This document shows, piece by piece, positions 37,241-46,082 of a stretch of DNA of 64,000 bases (within the stretch, counting starts at the first letter, position 1; every line of letters starts with the position of its first letter). The translations under genes were made by a program, and so were the position numbers. Source of the stretch: a virus (Duplodnaviria > Caudoviricetes). The stretch is taken from positions 2,064 to 66,063 of IMG/VR virus record IMGVR_UViG_3300010883_026628, one strand, 5' to 3'. The notes beneath the pieces are model-generated. The model worked only from the letters and a program-made list of their open reading frames with translations, did not search any database and was not told where the DNA came from.

Positions 37241-38397
37241 AAAACATTTTAGTAAGAGGCCCTTTATTAAATTCCGCCGGATACGGCGTACATGCTAGAC
37301 AAATTTTTAGTTATCTACACCAGCGTGGCGATTGCAAGTTAAACGCTCAGGTTACCCCGTGGGGTATTTGTACTTTTTATATGAATGGTGATTATGAAAA
37401 TGGGTTAATATCAAAAATAATAGATGTTAGTCACCCATCTGATGAGCCTTTTGATATATCATTCCAAATACAACTTCCGAACGAATGGGATCCTAATGTA
37501 GCTAGATTTAACATAGGCGTAACAGCTGGTGTAGAAACAGATATCTGTTCTAAAAAGTGGGTCGATTGTATTAATAAAATGGATTTAGTAATTGTCCCAT
37601 CCACACACACGAAATCTACCTTTGAAAGATCAGGTAATATAACAACAAGGATTTTTGTTGTTCCAGAATATGTCATATCTGAAATAATAGATAAAAAATA
37701 TGAACCAATGGAACTAGATGTAGAGACAAGTTTCAACTTTTTAATGTTCGGACTAATAACTGGACAAAATATTGAAGCTGATAGAAAAAACACATTTTAT
37801 GGGATAAAGTGGCTTTGTGAAACGTTCAAAGATGATCCAGATGTCGGAGTTATTATCAAAACGTCTTTAGGACGGATGTCTACAATAGACCGTCGAAACA
37901 CTGTCAACCTCTTAAGGAGGGTTATTGGTGAAGTGAAAACCGGAGAATATCCTAAATTTTATTTATCTCATGGTCTTATGACAAATGATGAGGTTTCTTC
38001 TTTTTATAGAAGTCCTAATCTTAATGCGTTGGTTTCTTTTACTCGTGGTGAGGGATATGGATTACCCTTGCTGGAGGCTGCCGCTTCGGGCTTACCTGTG
38101 ATGGCCACAAAATGGTCTGGGCATATGGACTTTTTAAGCAATATTAGATTTTCTGCCTTTGATTATGATCTTGTTAATGTGCATGAAAGCAGAATAGACA
38201 ATGAAGTTTTTATTCAAGGTAGCAAATGGGCACACCCTAGGGAAGAAGATGTAAAAAGACGTTTAAGAAAAATAAGGCAATCCTATAAAGTGCCAATCGA
38301 TTGGGCTAAGTCCGGAGCAGAGGTACTAACCAAAAGCCTAAATAATACTTCAGTGTATAAGATTTACGATAAAGTCTTAAGTGATATATTAACATGA
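37237..38397 (+). CDS. GT4 family glycosyltransferase
   Basis: GPLLNSAGYGVHAR, IVPSTH, DRKN and TRGEGYGLPLLEAAASGLPVMATKWSGHMDF. Confidence 0.88.
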   Translation: MKNILVRGPLLNSAGYGVHARQIFSYLHQRGDCKLNAQVTPWGICTFYMNGDYENGLISKIIDVSHPSDEPFDISFQIQLPNEWDPNVARFNIGVTAGVETDICSKKWVDCINKMDLVIVPSTHTKSTFERSGNITTRIFVVPEYVISEIIDKKYEPMELDVETSFNFLMFGLITGQNIEADRKNTFYGIKWLCETFKDDPDVGVIIKTSLGRMSTIDRRNTVNLLRRVIGEVKTGEYPKFYLSHGLMTNDEVSSFYRSPNLNALVSFTRGEGYGLPLLEAAASGLPVMATKWSGHMDFLSNIRFSAFDYDLVNVHESRIDNEVFIQGSKWAHPREEDVKRRLRKIRQSYKVPIDWAKSGAEVLTKSLNNTSVYKIYDKVLSDILT

Positions 38398-38714
38398 GTA
38401 TTACCGCTATCGTTATTATAAGTGTATTAGCACCCCTTTTGTGCTTTTCCAGCTTTTTTATGATAAAGTTTGCGTTATTATTATTAAAAATAGAAGACGC
38501 TTTAGAGGAAAGTATAAATGTTTTAGATGCAAGACAGGAATCGATTGCCGGGATTTTAGAGATACCTTTGTTTTATGATAGTAACGAAGTACGCCAGGTC
38601 CACGCTGATATTGAAGACTGTAGGAAGTCTATATTAAAGGTAGTCGAAGCTTTATCTAAAAATGTTTCTTCTAAAAAGTTTGGAGAAACTTATCTTGAAG
38701 AAGAGAAAGATTAG
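38394..38714 (+). CDS. Membrane-anchored coiled-coil protein
   Basis: N-terminal hydrophobic helix followed by a heptad-like soluble part; ATGA coupling. Confidence 0.7.
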   Translation: MSITAIVIISVLAPLLCFSSFFMIKFALLLLKIEDALEESINVLDARQESIAGILEIPLFYDSNEVRQVHADIEDCRKSILKVVEALSKNVSSKKFGETYLEEEKD

Positions 38715-39420
38715 AAGGAACCCGAAGCAAAAAAGGAATATGTACTTTAATAAAGACACTCAGGCTTCTATAGTCGAGTTTCAACAGTTAGAGGCAACCA
38801 AAGAGCGGGAAAAATTATATAATGAGAAAATCCATCCTGCATTTGAAAAATTAGCAGCAAGTCTTATTTTCGTATATGGCTTTCGTGCCGGCTCAAACCA
38901 TATAGAACATATAAAGACAGACTGCGTTTCTTTTCTATACGAAACAATTCACAAATGGGATGAGTCCCGAGGGACAAAGGCTTTTTCTTATTTTAATGTT
39001 GTTGCAAAAAATTGGTTAATAATAAATTCGCGACAACATCGAAAAAACGCTATAAGAAATATAAGCTTATCTGACATTGAATTTATGTCAAAAAAAGATA
39101 GAAACTCTATAGCTTATTCCCAGATCGTGGAGTCACCTGATAAAATTATTATAAATGCAAATAGAAGGAATGAGATTGTAAAAGTATTAGAATTAATAAC
39201 AGCCAGGGTGACAAAAGAGAATGAGAAACTCTGTATTAGCGCAATATCGTCAGTGTTCGAAAAAATAGATCAACTAGACTTTTTAAATAAAAGAGCGATC
39301 TATGTATATGTAAGGGAGATATCTGGTCTAACACCTAAAAAGCTTTCTGTGGCGATGTCATCTATAAGAAAGCATTATAGAGATATAGTTCATGATAAGA
39401 GAATTGTTGATATTTTTTAG
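38695..39420 (+). CDS. Phage sigma factor (T4 gp55-like late sigma)
   Basis: Region-2-like FLYETIHKWDESRGTKAFSYFNVVAKNWLI and N-terminal YFNKDTQ..I.EF. TTG at 38695 has GGAG upstream (track start 38662; ATG at 38740 also possible). Confidence 0.7.
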   Translation: MKKRKIRRNPKQKRNMYFNKDTQASIVEFQQLEATKEREKLYNEKIHPAFEKLAASLIFVYGFRAGSNHIEHIKTDCVSFLYETIHKWDESRGTKAFSYFNVVAKNWLIINSRQHRKNAIRNISLSDIEFMSKKDRNSIAYSQIVESPDKIIINANRRNEIVKVLELITARVTKENEKLCISAISSVFEKIDQLDFLNKRAIYVYVREISGLTPKKLSVAMSSIRKHYRDIVHDKRIVDIF

Positions 39421-39428
39421 GAGATGAA

Positions 39429-39794
39429 ATGGTCGATGACTTAAATAAAGCGCTAGAAAAGCTCCAAAGTATAGAGGAAAAAACTAAAAAATTTGAAGAG
39501 ATGCTATCTGAGCTAGTTAGCGCTGAAGACAAAAAGAAGCTTTTATGGAAAGAAATTTATGAGAATGCCAACCTAGATAGGCAAAACGCTTACGTGCTAT
39601 TTGTTGAAGCGTACACACAAATGAGAACAGGCATTGCAGAGCATGCCGCCATTGGTGCCATACTTTCAAAATATCTTGAGCGTATGAATAAGTCAAATGA
39701 GCAATTATTAAAATTGTCTGAAGTAATAGCAAGGGCAGAAGCTGAAAATAGTAAAATAGATCCAGATGATCTCTTTTCTCAGATCAAGGACTAA
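39429..39794 (+). CDS. Hypothetical helical protein
   Basis: AGGAG RBS; coiled-coil pattern, YLERMNKSNEQLLKL. Confidence 0.75.
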   Translation: MVDDLNKALEKLQSIEEKTKKFEEMLSELVSAEDKKKLLWKEIYENANLDRQNAYVLFVEAYTQMRTGIAEHAAIGAILSKYLERMNKSNEQLLKLSEVIARAEAENSKIDPDDLFSQIKD

Positions 39795-39796
39795 CT

Positions 39797-41719
39797 ATGG
39801 GCGTAGAATATACAGATGACGTAAATGATATAGCTTTTGAAACAAAGGCAACAGATAAGGCTGGCTTAGCCTTATCTAATTCGACATCTGATACAATTTT
39901 CCAAAAAGCCATTGTACTTGAAGTAATTAACGATCCAGCTGCCTTTAGGAGTCAAAAGGATTTTGATAAAAAATATGACAAAGCTACTGTCGATAACTTT
40001 TCTTTCTTAAAGCGCGCTCCAAGAAACGCAGTGTTAGCTAGAACCCTTAACGATGGCCAGGGAAAAAGATCAGATACAGTTAATATTTGTTTACCATTTT
40101 TCCCCCCCCACTTATGCTTTCCTATAAAACCTGGTGAACATGTCTGGTTAATAAGTCCAGCACCCACTGGAAAAGCTGCTAAAGTTTTTTATTGGATGTG
40201 TAGAGTACCAACCTGGATAGATGCTGATGATATAAATTATACTCATGAAGATAGGGTTCACCATTATAAGGGAGCAGCGGTCGACGAAGCTGATTCAGCT
40301 GATAAAGCGCATAACGAAGTACCAAAAACCAAAAATAAAGATGACTTGGAGATGTACGGTTTTCCAAATGGTATGGCAGATTCTGATGGCTTTACGTTCG
40401 GTGATAACAAAGATGAGTATGACATTCATGTAACAGGCTCACTGGCATATAAGTCATTTAAGTTTGAGCCCGTCCCTAGATTAACCAAGATGCCTGGAGA
40501 CATGGTGTTACAAGGATCAAATAACACTAGCATCACTCTGGGCACTGCTAGGGGGTTTCGGGGTGGTCATTCATTCACTCCGGACGAAGGGGCCGCCCCG
40601 GGTGGAGAAGACATTCGCTTGGTCGACTTTAACGATGAACCCCTGACGGGAGGAGAGGAAGATAAGATAATTAGATCAAGCGCTACGTTAGTAGACCCTT
40701 CCGTTCCAGAAGCTACGTATGAGGGGGACTTTGCGGCTGCAATTGACATCGTCGCTGGTAGATCACTTCGAACAAGAGGGGGTGGTGACACAAACCCAAT
40801 CGCTGATGCTGATACAAATCCTCCAACTGTTGCCATGGAAGGTGGCCATGCTCCAGCCTTTCCTAGATTGAAAAAAACAGTTAATCCAGAAGATAAACGA
40901 GGCGCTGGGCTAGTCGAGGTTTCAAAAAATCCGCAAGGGTATTTAGAAGATGTAAAAGACAACCAGCTAGATCATCCCATAGAAGGAGATCCAGATTTTA
41001 GATATGACGCTAGCAGAATTTATATAACTGCTGACTCATCTCCTGATGAGGACTTTGGATTAGCTGAACAGCTCACCGGCATGCCCGCGGGATTAGGTAA
41101 TGCGGGCACTGTTCCAGTTGCACTAGATGGAGCTGCGGTGGTGATGAAATCAGATCATATAAGAATTATCGCGCGTAAAGATCCCGATAGCCTCGCTGGT
41201 GGAGCAGCAACAAAGATCAACGGATCAATACGAATTATAAAAGAAGGAAAGCCACGTACTCCCGCCGACGACTCTAAAGGGCCCCCTGGCGGTGAGCGAG
41301 CAATAATCGCAATAGAGCCTGATGGTACAATTATAATCGATGGTCCCCGTGTTATTCTAGGTAATGGCCACATGTCAGCTCCACAACTAGATGCCTCAGC
41401 TGAATCTGCCGGTCCTGGATATACTACAAATGATCATGTCTATATCGGCGGTGATGATGCTGAGCACTCTGCTGTATTGGGCGAAGAGCTGGCCGACACC
41501 CTAATGGCCTTTGCTGTTGATGTAGCTAGAATGCTAGGAGCTACCGACGGAGGATCAGTCTCCGGATTTGGTTCGAATGCGCACACTAGTCAAGAAGCAA
41601 CCATCGCCAGTATAGGAAATAGCGGAGCCCCTATTACAAATGGTTCATCCACCGCTATGATTAGTAATTTAAAAAACAATTTAAAAAATTGTTTTAGTAA
41701 GGTTATAAAAATAAAATGA
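39797..41719 (+). CDS. Probable baseplate central spike/hub protein (gp5/VgrG-like OB fold + beta-helix)
   Basis: CLPFFPPHLCFPIKPGEHVW...FYW (OB-fold signature), PGDMVLQGSNNTSITLG, VMKSDHIRIIAR and AVLGEEL. Lies upstream of gp25/gp6. Confidence 0.6.
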   Translation: MGVEYTDDVNDIAFETKATDKAGLALSNSTSDTIFQKAIVLEVINDPAAFRSQKDFDKKYDKATVDNFSFLKRAPRNAVLARTLNDGQGKRSDTVNICLPFFPPHLCFPIKPGEHVWLISPAPTGKAAKVFYWMCRVPTWIDADDINYTHEDRVHHYKGAAVDEADSADKAHNEVPKTKNKDDLEMYGFPNGMADSDGFTFGDNKDEYDIHVTGSLAYKSFKFEPVPRLTKMPGDMVLQGSNNTSITLGTARGFRGGHSFTPDEGAAPGGEDIRLVDFNDEPLTGGEEDKIIRSSATLVDPSVPEATYEGDFAAAIDIVAGRSLRTRGGGDTNPIADADTNPPTVAMEGGHAPAFPRLKKTVNPEDKRGAGLVEVSKNPQGYLEDVKDNQLDHPIEGDPDFRYDASRIYITADSSPDEDFGLAEQLTGMPAGLGNAGTVPVALDGAAVVMKSDHIRIIARKDPDSLAGGAATKINGSIRIIKEGKPRTPADDSKGPPGGERAIIAIEPDGTIIIDGPRVILGNGHMSAPQLDASAESAGPGYTTNDHVYIGGDDAEHSAVLGEELADTLMAFAVDVARMLGATDGGSVSGFGSNAHTSQEATIASIGNSGAPITNGSSTAMISNLKNNLKNCFSKVIKIK

Positions 41720-43344
41720 GTGACAGGGCAGCCATAGCTCAAGAAGGCGACGGTGGCTTAATCAGCGGTATATTCCCGTCTATTGGCGCTCTTATAAGTA
41801 GTATTTTTGGCGGATGCTGTTGTGTAATGGACTGTACTCCAGATCAAAGGGAAAATCCGTCATGGGAAGGCGGTCCTTGCTGTCCACGCTTAAATCCGTC
41901 GCTACCTGTAAAGCAAGGTGAAGCCGGTGAACCTGACTCTCCTCTAGAACCACCGCTCCATCCGCTTGAACCCGCTAAGTATGGAGGCATTTGTCAAGAA
42001 ATAAAACTACAAATATCCTTACACGGAACACCTTATCTTAAGTTTGCGTTTGCTTTCGAACCTATTTTAGATATACCGCCAGGACTACCCAAGCTACCGT
42101 CATTCCCTCCAGATATTGGGTGGTTTGGTTTACCTAGTCTTAATTTACCAGAGATTGATTTAGGTCTCCACGGTCTTAAAATTCCTGGTATCCCGCTACC
42201 AGGGATCCCAACACTTGAGTTTTTTACCCTCGATTTACCGCATATACCTAGCTTTCCCGGTTTACCCTTATTTTCTATGTCTTTAAAACCTATAAGCTTA
42301 GCACTAGACCTCTTTAAGTTAAAGCTTCCACCAATCCCTGATTTTGATCTTTGTGCCATCGCAAAATTTGTAGGATTACTCAAGCCAGATGCCGATTGTG
42401 AGTTAAGCTTAGGATCAGTCAACATTAATATAGCGCTTTGCTATTTGACAATTCTTCTTTTCTTTCTAATGTTGATACAACCAATATTGATGGTATTATT
42501 CGGGATGAAAGAAAAGGGCTTATTAACGGTAGACGAGAACGGCGATGTAGATTTTGGTACAGAGGAAACCCCATTGATCACCGCGCCTCCTAGAATTAGT
42601 ATAATTCACACTGCAAGTTCACCGCTTCACCCAGGCGCACCAGATTCTCTTATGACATTTGTAAGATCGACAGATCCTGAAACCCCTGGAGCCCTGGTTA
42701 CTTTTACTATAACTGCTCATGAGCTTATTACACTTTTTGGTGAAGAATTCTATTCCAGTTCTCCTGATGCCTCTGCCGTCCCCCCGATCGTAGCACAGAT
42801 AGAGCCAGCAGTTACTCATGAAGAAGGAGTCGTAAGTCGAGGATCCGCCAGCTACAAATGGACGGTTCATAGACCAAATATAATACCTACAGAGTTTGAA
42901 TTGTCTAATGATACAGTCGACGCTGAAGTAACTTACGCTCCAGCGTTTAACTCATTTAAAGACTCTTTAACTATGCCGGAGTCATTAGAGGCGCGCCGCA
43001 TCGCTCACTTCCCAAAAGGCGATCTAAATGGGCCTCCTAGTTCTGATGATCGTACTATTTTTTACAATTTCCTGAATCCAGGGTTATATGAGGTCTATTG
43101 TGACGTGACTATAGGCAATAGTACAAAAACAATGGCAACGTTTGTTCAAATTGAAAAACCAGAGGTCCCTAATGCGCTACCTCCAGTCTTGCAAGCTATG
43201 CCTAGGTACACTCGCGAATCAATAGAGCTGCTTGTGAAAGATACATCGGCCCCAATACGAAGACCAAGTCGTCCCGACCCCGTCGAAGATCAAGTAGAGC
43301 ACGACCCCAGACCTGATGTTCCCCCAACAAAGAAGGGTGTATAA
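41716..43344 (+). CDS. Proline-rich protein with Cys clusters, TM-like helix and PKD/Ig-like C-terminal part
   Basis: P-x-(L/I/F) repeats at about aa 115-210; hydrophobic IALCYLTILLFFLMLIQPILMVLFG; SYKWT...NPGLYEVYCDVT. Confidence 0.7.
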   Translation: MSDRAAIAQEGDGGLISGIFPSIGALISSIFGGCCCVMDCTPDQRENPSWEGGPCCPRLNPSLPVKQGEAGEPDSPLEPPLHPLEPAKYGGICQEIKLQISLHGTPYLKFAFAFEPILDIPPGLPKLPSFPPDIGWFGLPSLNLPEIDLGLHGLKIPGIPLPGIPTLEFFTLDLPHIPSFPGLPLFSMSLKPISLALDLFKLKLPPIPDFDLCAIAKFVGLLKPDADCELSLGSVNINIALCYLTILLFFLMLIQPILMVLFGMKEKGLLTVDENGDVDFGTEETPLITAPPRISIIHTASSPLHPGAPDSLMTFVRSTDPETPGALVTFTITAHELITLFGEEFYSSSPDASAVPPIVAQIEPAVTHEEGVVSRGSASYKWTVHRPNIIPTEFELSNDTVDAEVTYAPAFNSFKDSLTMPESLEARRIAHFPKGDLNGPPSSDDRTIFYNFLNPGLYEVYCDVTIGNSTKTMATFVQIEKPEVPNALPPVLQAMPRYTRESIELLVKDTSAPIRRPSRPDPVEDQVEHDPRPDVPPTKKGV

Positions 43345-43595
43345 TGGCGAAAGAAAAATCGTTTTGTAAAGAGTGTGTACAGATTGGTGAAGGGTGGACA
43401 AAAGTGACAATGCATCTATTGGGGTTGCTGGATAAAGAAACCGCCAGCTTAGCAAACGAGCGAAGAAAAATTTGTGATGAGTGTCCTAAGCTGGTAGAAA
43501 GTAATACTTCTTTTTTAAAGTGTAATGAGTGTGGATGCTATTATCCTATGTTAGTATATTCATCAACAAAAGTGTGTCCTTTAGGGAAGTGGTAA
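43344..43595 (+). CDS. Small Cys-rich (Zn/Fe-S) protein, DUF6171-like
   Basis: CKEC, ERRKICDECP, CNECGCY and CPLGKW; TAATG coupling. Confidence 0.75.
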   Translation: MAKEKSFCKECVQIGEGWTKVTMHLLGLLDKETASLANERRKICDECPKLVESNTSFLKCNECGCYYPMLVYSSTKVCPLGKW

Positions 43596-43659
43596 CTTTA
43601 TACTATTTAAAATACACATAAATTTTTGTTAGTGGATAATTATACACCAGAGGTATGTG

Positions 43660-44160
43660 ATGGCGTCCAGAAATAGAACTCAAAATAGATCCCAAATAAC
43701 GTTCAAGTCTGCAGGACAATTAAAATCGACTGTAGAAAAATATGAAAGAGATATAAAATTTGTTAAGCTCATCGGGATTCAAACTCCTCTAGAGCTTGGC
43801 ACTGGCCGCGATGGTCTTTTTAGAATGCATAAGAGCTTAAAAGATCAAGTCCGTGATAATTTTAGAAATCTCCTTATGACGAACCATGGTGAGCGTTTGG
43901 GAAATTATAGCTTTGGTGCTAATTTAGAAGAATTAGGATTTGAGCTAGCAACAGATGATATTGAAAAAGAGGCGATTAGTAGGATAAATCAAGCGTTAAG
44001 TCAGCATATGCCTTATATTTCGTTAAACGCTTTCGAGGCATTTACTGAGCATCATAATAATGAGGACACAGCTAAAATAGGGATAAGGGTCTTATATTCT
44101 ATTCCCGGGCTAAATGTGTCCAAACAAACAATAGAGGTGATAATAAGGGCAGCTGGATAA
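43660..44160 (+). CDS. Baseplate wedge protein, gp25/GPW family
   Basis: DQVRDNFRNLLMTNHGERLGNYSFGANL..L.FE ... I..ALSQHMPYI. Confidence 0.9.
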   Translation: MASRNRTQNRSQITFKSAGQLKSTVEKYERDIKFVKLIGIQTPLELGTGRDGLFRMHKSLKDQVRDNFRNLLMTNHGERLGNYSFGANLEELGFELATDDIEKEAISRINQALSQHMPYISLNAFEAFTEHHNNEDTAKIGIRVLYSIPGLNVSKQTIEVIIRAAG

Positions 44161-46082
44161 TGGAAAAAGATATAAAAAATAAGCAAAAGAAAATTATAAA
44201 AAGATCATATCTTGCAAGGGACTTCGATGGATTTAAACAAAACTTGGTCCAGCATGCTAGAACGTTTTTTCCTGATAACATAGAGGATTTTACTGAAACC
44301 GGTCTTGGCGGAATGTTTGTTGACATGATTTCTTTCATCGGTGATTCAATGTCATTTTATTTAGATCATCAATTTAATGAGCTTAGGTGGTCCGACGCAG
44401 TTGAAATTGAAAATTTAAAAAAACATATAAAGCTAGCTGGTGTTGAGGCCCATGGCGCTAGTCCGGCGACGGTATACGTTACTTTTTATATTCAGGTACC
44501 CCTAGATGTCGACGACGCCGTCCTCGCGGCGTGTTTGCCGTGTATTAAAAAGGGTACTAGATTAGTTTCTGGAAACGGTACAACATTTAATCTGATGGAG
44601 GATGTAGATTTTTCGTTAAGGAATAATGACGCTTCTGGAGATTTTGTCTGGAATTCTTCTACCATTCCATCAACAACCGGTGACGTTGCTAATGATAAGA
44701 GAAGAAAAATAATCAACCTAAGGGGCTTGTGCGTCTCAGGTGATATAAAGGAAGAGACCTTTTCCATTCCAGATAGCTTCGTACCCTTTAGGGAGATATC
44801 ACTATCAGAGCAAAATATAAGCTTGATAGAAAGTCTGATAGATGCCGATGGTAACGTATATTATGAGGTGGACAATTTGGCTCAAGATAACGTCTTTACT
44901 ATCATGGATAACAAGGATATTAGCAAAAGGTCTATAGAGAAATCGATAATTGTTACTCCATCCCCATACCGATATACACGATATTTCGATCCCCAATTAT
45001 TCTCTACCATATTAACATTTGGTGGTGGTGACGCCATGGCGGATGATGACGATATTTTACCAGATCCTGGAGACTTAAGCGTTCCTCTTTACGGGAAGAA
45101 AGTTTTTTCAAGATTTGCACTAGATCCAAATTCCCTACTTAAAACAAATACTTTGGGTGTCGCGCCTAGACAGACCATGATAACTGTTAGGTATCGCCAC
45201 GGAGGCGGATTATCTCATAATGTAGGTGCAGAGTCCATCCGACAAATAGAATTTTTGGATATGACATTTCCTTCCGGTGTAGATCACGAAGATGCGCGGT
45301 CTACACGCACTAGCTTGGCTATTCGGAACAATCAAAGATCTTCCGGTGGCTCACCAGCACCTAGCATAGACGAGCTTAGAGATCAGATCCCAATCGCCAG
45401 AAACTCTCAGTCTCGTATAGTGACAAAAGAAGATTTAGTCGCCAGAATGTATTCTTTACCAGCTCCGCTGGGTAGAATATTTAGGGCAGCCATTTCAGAG
45501 TCCCCCGACTCAAGCGGGCAGATAGAGGTTGTAATAATTAGTCGAGGCGCAACTGGAAAACTAGTACGGTTTGGATCTATGGATACATCTTCATCACCAC
45601 TAGAGGTTTCAGGCGATAATCTTAAGCTAAACCTAAAGACATATCTGGAATCGTTTAGATTAATAAACGATTCTTATATAATAATGGACGCAGCCATCCA
45701 TAATTACGGACTTAATATTAACGTAATCGCTGTTCCTGGTGCTCAAAAATCGAATGTAGTGCAATCAATAATCACGAATCTCAAAAGACTTTTAAGCATT
45801 AAAAATTTCCATATAAACCAACCTTTATCATTAGGTGATATTAGCTATTCTGTAATGTCGTCTGAAGGAGTCGCCTCGATACACGATTCCGGAACGATTA
45901 AGGGAATTTCTGTTATCCCGAAGTCTGGCGTTATTAAAGAAGGCGACGGTATCAATTCTTATGATTATGGACTAAGCGAGCCATTTGACACTATCATAGA
46001 AAAAGGGTATATCTTTCCAAAGAAGAACGGACTGTTTGAAATGAAGTATCCAGATTTTGATATTAGGGTAAGCGTGAGATAA
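44160..46082 (+). CDS. Baseplate wedge protein, T4 gp6/baseplate-J-like
   Basis: YLARDFDGFKQNL, G.MFVDMISFIGD.MSFYLD, LTFGGG and GGSPAPSIDELR......SQSRIVTKED. Confidence 0.9.
   Translation: MEKDIKNKQKKIIKRSYLARDFDGFKQNLVQHARTFFPDNIEDFTETGLGGMFVDMISFIGDSMSFYLDHQFNELRWSDAVEIENLKKHIKLAGVEAHGASPATVYVTFYIQVPLDVDDAVLAACLPCIKKGTRLVSGNGTTFNLMEDVDFSLRNNDASGDFVWNSSTIPSTTGDVANDKRRKIINLRGLCVSGDIKEETFSIPDSFVPFREISLSEQNISLIESLIDADGNVYYEVDNLAQDNVFTIMDNKDISKRSIEKSIIVTPSPYRYTRYFDPQLFSTILTFGGGDAMADDDDILPDPGDLSVPLYGKKVFSRFALDPNSLLKTNTLGVAPRQTMITVRYRHGGGLSHNVGAESIRQIEFLDMTFPSGVDHEDARSTRTSLAIRNNQRSSGGSPAPSIDELRDQIPIARNSQSRIVTKEDLVARMYSLPAPLGRIFRAAISESPDSSGQIEVVIISRGATGKLVRFGSMDTSSSPLEVSGDNLKLNLKTYLESFRLINDSYIIMDAAIHNYGLNINVIAVPGAQKSNVVQSIITNLKRLLSIKNFHINQPLSLGDISYSVMSSEGVASIHDSGTIKGISVIPKSGVIKEGDGINSYDYGLSEPFDTIIEKGYIFPKKNGLFEMKYPDFDIRVSVR

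Noticed and set aside
39797-46082. T6SS/eCIS rather than phage baseplate
   Set aside because: No TssJLM/ClpV or Afp-type ATPase context. The T4-like gp6, late sigma, fibres and helicase favour a phage.
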